Below, piece by piece: positions 32,953 through 43,142 of a stretch of DNA of 64,000 nt. Each line of letters starts with the position of its first letter. Position 1 is the stretch's first letter. This DNA is from Diplonema japonicum (Eukaryota > Protista > Euglenozoa: Diplonemea): assembly GCA_964019335.1 (NCBI GenBank), contig OZ025678.1:434001-498000 (forward strand), given 5' to 3'. A program made the position numbers and the translations under genes. The notes under the pieces were generated by a model. It was not told the DNA's origin and did not search any database. It was given only the letters and a program-made list of their open reading frames with translations.

Positions 32953-33139
32953 ATGATCTACGACGTAAACTCCCCTCTGTACCAGCAGTTCCTCAGGCAG
33001 TCGCGATCCAAGGTATGTTCAGGTAAAGGGGGGAAAACATCAATAATAGACTGACGACCACGGTTCCTCGAAGGACAAGGGTGGCAAGAGCGACAAGAAG
33101 GTGAGCAAGCCCGCTGGGGCGTCCAGCACTGGCCTGTAG
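32953..33139 (+). CDS. 49-aa microprotein resembling plant wound-induced basic protein
   Basis: Exons 32953-33012 and 33050-33139: MIYDVNSPLYQQFLRQSRSKTDDHGSSKDKGGKSDKKVSKPAGASSTGL*; GC3-rich codons inside an A/T desert. Confidence 0.75.
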
Positions 33140-33452
33140 GTGGACTTTTTTTTTTTGGTTTTCACAACCCCCTCCCTTTTTTTCTCCCCTTCCCCTTTAA
33201 ATAAATCAGCATCATTTTCGAGTGTATAAAAAAAAAAAATGATGCAAAACAAAAACAAAATATAAATGAGGCCCCCACCCACACCCTCAGTTTTTATTTA
33301 TTTATTTTCTTTTATGATGACGGGATATTGGTGCCTAGTACTTCTTTGCCTCCATCATTAAGTGTGTTTTTTTTGCTTTGTTTAAACATGGGAAGGAGGA
33401 AACAAAAAAAAAACAGGAGGGAGAGGGGGGGGCAAAAAAAAAACCAAAAGAA

Positions 33453-34253
33453 ATGACGGAAAGCTTCTCAGAATATGATGCACTTGTGAAAATATTAATA
33501 GTGGGAGATTCCAACGCAGGAAAAAGCAGCTTGCTCAGAACGCTGCAAGGCAACCCTTGGAAACAAGGCCAGCCGACTGTTGGCGTTGATTTTGTACTTC
33601 AAACCGTAGAAGTGAGGGGGAAGAAACTAAAACTCCAAATCTGGGACACCGCAGGACAAGAAAAGTACCAAGCGATTCGAGGAGCCTACTTCAGGGGTGC
33701 ACACTGTGTGGCAGTGTGTTTCGACCTCACCAATCCCATCTCTTTCGACAACGTGAAACACTGGGTGGCCGAGACCAAGCTATACTGTGACAATGCTGCA
33801 ATCCTACTCATTGGAACCAAATCAGATCTTTTTGAAAAAAGACAGGTTTCAGAGGACCAAGCTCAAAACGCAGTCCATAACTTTTCCCTCCACAGCTACG
33901 TCGAGACGTCAGCGAAAACAGCTAGAAACGTGGAGGACGCCTTCAGAGACCTCGGTACCTTGGGTCACGACGCCAAGATGCTGATCGACAAGACTGCGTC
34001 GCGTGTCGACCACAGCGCAGCAGTTTCGTTGACGTCACCCGAGGCCGCCCCTGTGAAGCCGTTGCGTAAGAGGTGCTTTGCGAGGGTTATGAACAGAAAG
34101 AAAGGTGCAAAACAGGAGGCCGCATCGAAAAAAACTGAAAATCGGAAGCTGTTCAAAAAGGTGGCGACCGACAACGTCGACTGCAACGAGAAGGAGTGCG
34201 GTGACGAGGAACCACGTAGCTACTATGAAGTGGATGGAGAGATGGTACAGTAG
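33453..34253 (+). CDS. Rab-family small GTPase with C-terminal extension
   Basis: GDSNAGKS, PTVGVDF, LQIWDTAGQE, GTKSD, ETSAK. Confidence 0.9.
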   Translation: MTESFSEYDALVKILIVGDSNAGKSSLLRTLQGNPWKQGQPTVGVDFVLQTVEVRGKKLKLQIWDTAGQEKYQAIRGAYFRGAHCVAVCFDLTNPISFDNVKHWVAETKLYCDNAAILLIGTKSDLFEKRQVSEDQAQNAVHNFSLHSYVETSAKTARNVEDAFRDLGTLGHDAKMLIDKTASRVDHSAAVSLTSPEAAPVKPLRKRCFARVMNRKKGAKQEAASKKTENRKLFKKVATDNVDCNEKECGDEEPRSYYEVDGEMVQ

Positions 34254-35695
34254 GTACCCCCCCCCACCCCGGGGGCCCCCGGTGGTCCTAATCTTTCCGT
34301 GTTCTTTTTTTTTTTTTAATCCTGCAAACTCGAGTTTTTTATTATGGTATTTATGTGCAAAAAAAAAAATGAAAAAAAAAAATCTTTTTGTCATCGCTCC
34401 CCCCCCCCGTCTCTCTCTGCTGCCCTTTGCCATGCATTTTTCAATAGAAAGAAAACTGCAAGGTGAAAGGAAGAAGATGGGGTAAGGGAAGAGGAAAAAA
34501 AAAACCACATGAGTAAACCGTTGCAGAAAGTCCGTACTTCCTTTTTTTTTTTTTAAATCCGCGAACCCTTAGACAAGATTTACCCCCCCCCCTTTTTTTC
34601 GTTTTTGCAAGAACGAGTCTTGACTTGTCCCAACAAAGGGGACCGTTGGCATCGTGTTACGGGTTACCCCACACGTACAAGCTCTCTAAAAGACAAGAAA
34701 CTGAGAGAAACACAAAAAAAAGGGGGGTCATTTTTTTTTCTTCTTTCTTCGTTTCTTCTTTCCCTCCCCTTGCACTTGTGGCACCCTGACGTAAATCGAT
34801 AAGCACGACGAAAATCAGAAGATCAAGTTTTTTCTTTGTCCCCCCTGTTCTCATCAACACCGAAGTATATGGCTCTCTCTCAATTGAATAAATCGCAATT
34901 TATCCCCTCCTCCTTTTTTTTTTTTTCTTTTTTTTTTTTTTAAATGATTCTTCCAATCCAGTATGGAAAAAAAAAGAAAAGAAAAAAACTATATGAACCG
35001 GTATTTTACTACGAGTGGTTTACACTGCTATGTTCTAAGAAAATAATATTAATAAAAAAATAAAAAAAAAGAAAGAGCTTTCAAAAGGTAGCTTGTAATT
35101 CTATGGATGGTTCCTCCCCCTTCCCTCGCCTTTTGGCTTTCTTTTCCCGTCATAGGAGTATCTGTCGTCCAGAAGAGACGGGGGAAAAAGAAATAAGGAA
35201 GGCTTGTCCTATTTCTTTTCTACTCCTTCCAGAGTGCGCATTTACCTTTTTCTATTTTTATTTTATTTTATTTTGTTCAATCCATCCTTTCCAGATGGCC
35301 CCCTCCTTTGCTTTTGAACTTAAAGAAAACGAAAAAAGAAAATAAAAAGAAAGGAAAAAAGGGGAGAAAAAAAAGAAATATAAACACAAGACTTTTTCCA
35401 TTTTTTATTTATTTTATTCCCCCCCCTCCTAAATAAAAAACAAAACAAAAAAAAACCCGGTTCCTACCTAAGGAGGGTATATTCGTGTGTGGGCTAATTG
35501 TCTGTTTTTTTTTTTTTTCTTTTTTTTTTTCTCTTTTTTCCCGAGTCTTTTCTTTTTTGACTTTTTTTTATCAAAAAAACAAAAAAAAGAGAAAAAAAAA
35601 AGGCGCAGGGGAGTGAGGGGAGGGGGAGGGAAGTGGGCTCAACAAAAAAGAGGGGAAAAAAAAGAGGAAAAAAAAAAGAAGAAGGAAAAAGAAAA

Positions 35696-36760
35696 ATGAG
35701 CCAGGGAGACCTACTCAACGAAAAGAAAAGATCGAGAAGCACCAACAAAGCAGACAGCCTCCCAGCGATAAAGCAACCACCCTCAGATCACACACCCCCT
35801 CCAAAACAAGAAGAACCGGACGAGCAACAAAAAAACCACGACCTACTAGAATACTCGCTACCAAGACAGCAGCCATCCCGCGTGGTCCAAGCTCAGTTAA
35901 ACCTATTAAGAGAACCGTTACAAGTCCCTCAACCACACGACGATTTTCCAATATCAGAGAACAGCGTCGGTGCGTACTTTGCACAGCCAGCAACACGGGA
36001 AAAACAGAATCTGACAGCTCCACAAATGCGCGAGAGAGAATTAACCCCAAGTCAGATACTGAGTACGAAAGATTACTATCTCCGGCCTGATCTGGATGAA
36101 GTGTCTCAAAGGGTTGTCTTGGAGAGTATCGTGAAGCAGCAGCAAGAGCAAGACGATAAAAAATGTGAGATACAAAAGCGGCGCGAGATCACCATGGCCA
36201 AGTTCGAGGCGATGAAACGTTCTCGGTTACTACTGCAAATACAATCTAGCATCCCGGTAGACCCCAGAACTGTGGACAGCTATGGTCTGCACGGCGCAGT
36301 GCGAACGAAGAACAGACGCAACAAAACAGCTACTTTACGGGTACAGAACAACACCAAACGGGAAGAGTTGTTGCGCGTGAAGCAAATCCTCAGCCCGGGC
36401 ATCGAACTGCACCGGAACACAATGCAGCTCACCATGCAGAAGCGAATGAGCCGTAGAATTATGACTGAAACCGATTTGGGAACATGTTACAAACGGTCTC
36501 TCGCCCGGGAGCCAAACACTATAAATAAGCTTATTCGGGAGCAAGCTGTGGAGCATCACAAAGCCGCCGAACGTGATCTGGAAGAAGAATCTCTTGAGAG
36601 GCTTGCTTCCTTTGCATCTCATCAACATGTTGCGCTTAAGGCACGGAAGCCGCGACAGCGTGATATCCCGTACACCCTCCACGCTCCCTATCGCCACACC
36701 TCCGCCCATCGGCCTCCTATTATATTATCTGATCATGAAAAACAAGCGCTCCCTTCATAG
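35696..36760 (+). CDS. Hypothetical protein
   Basis: ~354-aa ORF from the AAA-ATG at 35696; no recognisable domain. Confidence 0.7.
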   Translation: MSQGDLLNEKKRSRSTNKADSLPAIKQPPSDHTPPPKQEEPDEQQKNHDLLEYSLPRQQPSRVVQAQLNLLREPLQVPQPHDDFPISENSVGAYFAQPATREKQNLTAPQMRERELTPSQILSTKDYYLRPDLDEVSQRVVLESIVKQQQEQDDKKCEIQKRREITMAKFEAMKRSRLLLQIQSSIPVDPRTVDSYGLHGAVRTKNRRNKTATLRVQNNTKREELLRVKQILSPGIELHRNTMQLTMQKRMSRRIMTETDLGTCYKRSLAREPNTINKLIREQAVEHHKAAERDLEEESLERLASFASHQHVALKARKPRQRDIPYTLHAPYRHTSAHRPPIILSDHEKQALPS

Positions 36761-37070
36761 GTGGTATATAAAAGATTTTTCCGTTGTAATTACAATTTTT
36801 TTTACCCCCCTCCTCCTTTTTCTTCTTTTTTTTTTCTTTCTTTCCTTTTTTTCTGAATTGAGGTGTAGTGGCAAAAGTAGAATTTGAGAGGAGGCAACAG
36901 GGGGTTTCCCCCCCCCCTCTTTTTGGGCAGTTTCCCGCCCTTCTTTTTTTTTTTCTTCTTCTCGTATCACCCCGAAAAGGGTCACGGTTTGTTGATTTTT
37001 CTTTTTTCCCTTTTTTTTTATACCCATTGTACGGAAGAAAAAAGAAAAAGAAGGGAAGGGGGGGGGGGAA

Positions 37071-39391
37071 ATGGAGGAGAGCAAGGCTGTGTACGCAGAT
37101 CTTTTGGAGAACCACAAGCATCTGCTGGAGCCGCACGGCGAGGCACACTGCAAGGAGTGGGAGATCCAGCACACTGAGCTCCTAAATCTGGAAGAACTGA
37201 ATGAAAGACTGAAGCTGAGGCAGCGACAGCACAAGGCCGTGATCGAACTGGTAACCACAAAGGTGAAGGAGAACTACACAAGATTCGTCCAAGGAATCAA
37301 CAAAATCCAAGAGGTGGGCGCATGCTCCGACCAGACCATAAGAATCTGCGACATGGGCAAGACAAGGCTCAAAATGACCAAAGACGGCTTGATAGTAAAA
37401 GCACTAAAGATCTCCCACATACAACGCAAGAGGGTCAACATGACACGGGTCCGCAACGTCTTAGCAATGGTTGAAAAGATCAGCGCAAAACACCAGGAGG
37501 TCCAACGGCTGATCTCCGCCGGTAGACAGCCCGAAGCAGCACTGCACATAACCGAAGGACAAAAGGAACTCGAGTCAACCACAGACGATGTCAGAAACCT
37601 GTCCTGCATAAAGGAAATATCGAAAGCATGGTCTGAACTACGGTCTACGCTGTACCACACTCACATCGATAAATGTTTGAACGAATGTTGTAAGAGGTTT
37701 GACATCGCGCAGTTCGAAGCGGGGGTCACGGCGGTTATTTCCCTTGGGTACGAAAAGGAGTCATCAGCGAGCCTTGTCAACAAGTGGCGGCACGTAGTCG
37801 GCCTCATCGCTCTCGCATCACTCCGCCCCTTCGCCATCAAGAACAAGGGCAGCGATGAAGTCTCCAAAGCTGACGTGAGGATGCTCATGAGAATGCTCCA
37901 ACCAGACGATCTCGTGAAGGCTCTTCAAGAACTGACCCGCAACCTCGCGCACAGCATGTGGACGTTCAAAGCAATGCTCAACTACGTCTCGACCGACCCG
38001 AAATTCCACCATTGGCACTGCGCGCTCACCGCGTTCAAACCCGAGTTCTGGTCAACCGTTCAAGGGAAGCTGACGGACTTCCTCACATCATGCAAGTACC
38101 ACTCCCTGTCCTTGCAGTCCTTCATGTCGTTGGTGACATCGTTTAAAATGTTCGCTGCGTACGGGGAGTGCTTCCACGGACCGATCTCCGCACCACTGGA
38201 AGACCTCCTTCACACGTTGACAAAGAACTACCTTTCAGAGGTGTTCCACAAAGAGGCGACGGAGATAACCCGCATGGGCGTCAAACACGAGACGTGTATA
38301 AACCTCACTGTTGATGAAGCGAACGAAAAGGTGTCCGAGGGGCTTGTTGTGAATGTCGTCCCGTTGGCCGACGAGGTGAAGAACCTGTGCAGGCTTGCAA
38401 GGGACTTCGACGAGGCAGAGAACATCAATGCGAACCCTTTCGTGCTGCAGGAAAATGGCGGCGAGGACAAGGGGCATTCGGGTGGGATCGCTTGTACGCT
38501 TGTGAAGGAGCCCATCCTCGCGTCGGGTTTAGAGGTCCTCCAGAGGATCCAACGGTATTCCGAGCTGATGGTGGTGTTCCCCAAAACCTCGTCAGACATC
38601 CATACCCAGTTGCACCAGCTTGTCTCGTTCTTCCTGTACATGATTTTCGCGAATTTTTGCGATGTCCGGACTGCCGACACGGTGTACCACCCTGAGAAGG
38701 ACGCGCACCTGCCTCTCCACACTGTTGCGCACCTTGATGAAATGAGGTTGAACGCGGCGAAGCATGTGCCCAAGGAGCTCAACGTCGAGACGGGCGAGCA
38801 GAAGCCTTTCGAGCCTCCAACCTTGCAATCTGTTCAGGTAAAGGGAAAGCTGACGTCGCACGCGGAGCTGTACGGATACCAAGAGCGGTACATCGCAATG
38901 GGTACAGTCAGCCAGGTTCTCAATAAACTGGAGGAACTATGGAACGGGAAGGACAAGGTGGCAGCGGGCGACACTGCAAGGCTAATCAGCACAACAGAAG
39001 TGATGGTTAAGTCCATGACTCAAAGACTGGCTGTGAGGATGTGTTCGGTATATTTTTTTTTTTTGGAGGGAAAAAAAAAAAAAAAAAAAAACAGTTTGAT
39101 GCATACCCGAAAATGATATCCGAGTGCAAATGGGAGCCAAGGGCCCTTGAGTCCGATTCTAACATCTACGTGCACACCATCCTGAGGGATGTTCGCGGTG
39201 TCGCAGACCGAATGGGGCAACACTGCAGCGGGACCCCTCGTCTATGGGAGGCCATTGTAAACCATTTGTGGCATGTTGTCGTAAAGGGGTACTCCATGGT
39301 AAAGAAATGCAACACTGAAGGCAGGGCCCTCATGTCTCTTGACCTCCAAACCCTTCAACATTCATTGAAATCTATTGTGCAGGGGAGGTAT

Positions 39392-39447
<56 letters not shown>

Positions 39448-39760
39448 CTATAAAAAAAAACTTTGTTACAGCATTCCGCACCCTGACATTGTAGAGGAAT
39501 ACGTCAAGGCATTCTACTTAGAAGCAGATGATTATCTGAGCTGGGTGAGATCGTCACATATGGTATAAAAAGATTTTTCTTTTTTTATACATTTTTTTTT
39601 CTTGCAGAAGTACACGGCCAAACAACTCCTTGCGTTGCCCAACATCAACAACAGGTACATAGACAGGATACGGAAGGACAACAAGGAGTTCAACAAAAAG
39701 ATAGAGGAGGAGCTCCTGGCGCTGGAGCACACCGACCCTTCACCGCTCGACGTTTCTTAA
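37071..39760 (+). CDS. VPS50: Syndetin / VPS50 (EARP complex subunit)
   Basis: Exons 37071-39047, 39095-39387, 39472-39562, 39608-39760; GYSMVKKCNTEGRALMSLDLQ, VEEYVKAFYL, KYTAKQL. Confidence 0.85.
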
Positions 39761-39863
39761 GCTATCCTTTTCTTTCTTTGGTTCTTTCTTTTTTTTTTTT
39801 AAATAATTCTTGCGGAAGATGCAGAAGAAAAAGAATAGGTCAATCACTTAAAACTCCTTCAAA

Positions 39864-40369
39864 ATGGTCGGTACCGGTATGACCCGCGAGAAGTTGCAGA
39901 AGATGGTATTTAAAAAAAAGAAGAAAAAGAAAAACACCCCACTCCAGGCCGAAGTTGCCCGTGTCGGTGGTGTGCGCAGGAGGCACAAGGCTGCCCGCAA
40001 GGTCACCTCGGGTGAGGACTCCAAGCTCCAGCAGAACCTGAAGAAGCTGGGCGTGAGCCAGATTGCCGACATCGAGGAGGTGAACCTGATCATGGAGGAC
40101 GGGAGTGTCATCCACTTCAACCACCCCAAGGTACGACTACCGATTGCATTGTACACCCATACCTAAACTTTTTTTTTCCCCTCTCACAGGTTCAGGCCTC
40201 CATCCAGTCCAACACCTACGTGGTGTCCGGGAACTCCGAGACCAAGAACATCTCTGAGATGCTCCCCAACATCATCGACCAGCTTGGTGCTGAGAGCATG
40301 CCCCAGCTCCAGGAGCTGAAGGAGAAGATCCAGGGTGAGAAGGTTGAGGAGAAGGCCGCAGAGGAGTAG
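39864..40369 (+). CDS. BTF3: Nascent polypeptide-associated complex beta subunit (BTF3), copy 1
   Basis: Exons 39864-39905, 39948-40130, 40190-40369; RVGGVRRRHK, KLQQNLKKLGV..I..IEEVN, IHFNHPKVQAS...NTYVVSG, MLPNIIDQLG. Confidence 0.93.
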
Positions 40370-40531
40370 AAGCATGAGACGCTTTGATCAGTCGTTATTT
40401 TTCTTCTTTTTTTTTTTTTTTTTTCCCCATCGTTTTATTTTTATTTGGCGCAATTTTCTTTCCACCCCCCCCCCCCTTTTTTTTCCGTCCCCGGCTGTGT
40501 TCAGCGATCGGTTAGGGAAAAGAAAATAGAT

Positions 40532-40990
40532 ACTTATTGCCAAACGAGTCATTATTTAACTCGAATTCCCGAATTTTTGCACGAGGGCCCGCAAGGCCCT
40601 CGTGCAAAAAAACGGTTACGAGTGTTAAATAATGGCTCATTTGGCGGCAAGTAAGTCGTTTTATTTCACTCTTCGTCATTTGGGTCATTCACTGCTTTCA
40701 CTGCTGTTTTCCTCACACGGGTCAGCTTTTTGGATTTCCCTAAAGCAATACGGGGTGGCTATTTCGCTGTGGGAGTAAAGCACTTAAGCACTTATTCCCA
40801 CTTTTAAGGGCCGGAATGGCCTCAGAAGGCCAAAAATAGTCAAAATACCTCACCCCAAAAAGATTTTTCAAGGGGTTGGGTTCACTCTGATGCCCCATAA
40901 CTTCAAAATTCTCATAATTTAACTAGTTAAATTATGGGCGTTTTGCGTTTGTGAGGCCCTAGTGAGTGAAGAAATGACGAAGAGTGAAAT
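40532..40990. mobile_element. Non-autonomous element with long terminal hairpin and 19-bp inverted repeats
   Basis: ~120-nt imperfect hairpin 40532-40655 with a perfect 16-bp core; ATTTCACTCTTCGTCATTT (40663-40681) / AAATGACGAAGAGTGAAAT (40972-40990); 24-bp palindrome at 40913-40936. Confidence 0.6.
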
Positions 40991-41062
40991 TTTTTTTTGT
41001 CGATTTCTTTTGACACAGTGTTATTATATAAAAAAAAAAAAAAAAAAAGTAAACTAATCAAA

Positions 41063-41551
41063 ATGGTCGGTACCGGTATGACCCGTGAGAAGTTGCAGAA
41101 GATGGTATTAAAAAAAAAAAAAAAAGAAAAACACCCCACTCCAGGCCGAAGTTGCCCGTGTCGGTGGTGTGCGCAGGAGGCACAAGGCTGCCCGCAAGGT
41201 CACCTCGGGTGAGGACTCCAAGCTCCAGCAGAACCTGAAGAAGCTGGGCGTGAGCCAGATTGCCGACATCGAGGAGGTGAACCTGATCATGGAGGACGGG
41301 AGTGTCATCCACTTCAACCACCCCAAGGTACGACTACCGATTGCATTGTACACCCATACCTAAACTTTTTTTTTCCCCTCTCACAGGTTCAGGCCTCCAT
41401 CCAGTCCAACACCTACGTGGTGTCCGGGAACTCCGAGACCAAGAACATCTCTGAGATGCTCCCCAACATCATCGACCAGCTTGGTGCTGAGAGCATGCCC
41501 CAGCTCCAGGAGCTGAAGGAGAAGATCCAGGGTGAGGAGAAGAAAGAGTAG
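41063..41551 (+). CDS. BTF3: NAC beta subunit (BTF3), tandem copy 2
   Basis: Exons 41063-41104, 41145-41327, 41387-41551; near-identical to copy 1 except the C-terminal tail. Confidence 0.93.
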
Positions 41552-42178
41552 GATTAGATGCGAGTTTTTTTTTTTTTTTTTTATATTTTTTTAAGAATCT
41601 AACCTTTTTTTTTCTTCACAATTTAACCAGATTAAAAAAAAAAGGAGGGGGGTAGGATTATAGCATACTTTTTTAATTTTTTATTTTTTTTTGATCAAGG
41701 GGAGGAAAAAAAAAAGAGAAAGCAAATGGGGGGAAGAAAAAAAAAGTATAACAAAAGAAAACTACCGCCATGGCCTATACGAGTAAAGAGAGTGGGGGGA
41801 GGTAAATGGGTTGCGCTAGACTTGCTGGTTACTACAAAAAAAAAACTTTTTTAAATGATGTCGATGAAAAAATCAAATTTTTACTTTTTTGAGAGGGACG
41901 CTTTTTTTTTTTTGAGAGGGACGTTTTTTTTTTTTTTTTGTATGCCCCTCTTTTTTCTAACCCAACCCAGACAAAAAAAGAAACAAAGAAAACTGACCCC
42001 CTCCACACTTTTATCCTCACTCTCAATTTTTTTTTCTTTCTACCCCCTCCCACACAGTTTTATTTCTTTTTACCCCCCCCCCCATATTCATTTTCTTCTC
42101 GTACCATTTAACAAAAAAAAAAAAACAGGCTATGTGAATCGGAATTTAAAAAAGAAAAATTAAAAAAATTAAAAAAGA

Positions 42179-43009
42179 ATGGTAGCAGAGTGTCGTAACA
42201 AGCCACGTCTGCGGACAGTTATAGGCCAACTGATGATATTAGGTGGGCTCGTGTTATTCGGTATTGCTACCCTCGATGAGGACGAAGGCCCCACGGTACA
42301 CAGCCAGGCTGGTAATAATAATAATAATAATAATAAACCAAAGATGGCCCCTCAACCACCGACCCCGACAGCCACTCCTTTAACCCCCCGCCCACAGTGC
42401 TCTCACTGGGCAGGGTTAAAATGCTTAAGAATCGACGGCCACCTTGTCCCTGCAGGCCCGTTGGGTACCAAAACCTGCACCGACACCATCTCTCCTTCCG
42501 AGTCAGGACACTGCCAATGCCTCCACGGCATCGCAGGAAACATACCCTGCGGTACTACATTGAAGATACCGTGGAAAACCTGCAATGAGGCTTGCAAAGG
42601 ATCTGTTCTATGTCAAGGCTGGCGGGGAACCATGGGGTGCAAGGGAACTGGGAAGCGCGAGCCGTCTTATGATGCAGACTGTGGGTCAGTGATCGTACCG
42701 ACTTTATCAGGGTTCTGCCTTTGCGAGGATGAAGCAGCGCATCACTTTGACTGTGGCCATGACCCAATGACATGCTCTGAGGTGTGCGCCTTGCGATCGG
42801 TGCAGCCTGTTACTACACAGCCCTCCTCGCTGCCCCTTCCGCCTGTCGTTGCGGAAGAAGCTGCTGAAGAACGTGCTCTTTTGGACGCATTAGAGACCCA
42901 CGGCCTCACAGGTCGTATCGGAGCCGCCGCGCACCAAGCCAACGATCCGCACACCCTCCAGCTGCGACGGGAGTTTATTGAAAAAGCGTTACAACAAGCT
43001 GGCGTTTGA
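42179..43009 (+). CDS. Type II membrane protein with two Cys-rich repeats
   Basis: N-terminal TM; repeats C..W....C...G.......C...I....SG.C.C......C......C...C. Confidence 0.7.
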   Translation: MVAECRNKPRLRTVIGQLMILGGLVLFGIATLDEDEGPTVHSQAGNNNNNNNKPKMAPQPPTPTATPLTPRPQCSHWAGLKCLRIDGHLVPAGPLGTKTCTDTISPSESGHCQCLHGIAGNIPCGTTLKIPWKTCNEACKGSVLCQGWRGTMGCKGTGKREPSYDADCGSVIVPTLSGFCLCEDEAAHHFDCGHDPMTCSEVCALRSVQPVTTQPSSLPLPPVVAEEAAEERALLDALETHGLTGRIGAAAHQANDPHTLQLRREFIEKALQQAGV

Positions 43010-43045
43010 TTATTATTATTTTTTTTTTTTTTTTGTATTTTCTTA

Positions 43046-43091
<46 letters not shown>

Positions 43092-43142
43092 TTCTTTTCT
43101 CCCCTGTGCTCAAACGATTTTTAACACCAGCACAGGGCTGTT

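Noticed and set aside
39906-39947. In-frame 42-nt poly-Lys insertion in NAC-beta copy 1
   Set aside because: It is an intron; the equivalent in copy 2 is 40 nt and would shift the frame.
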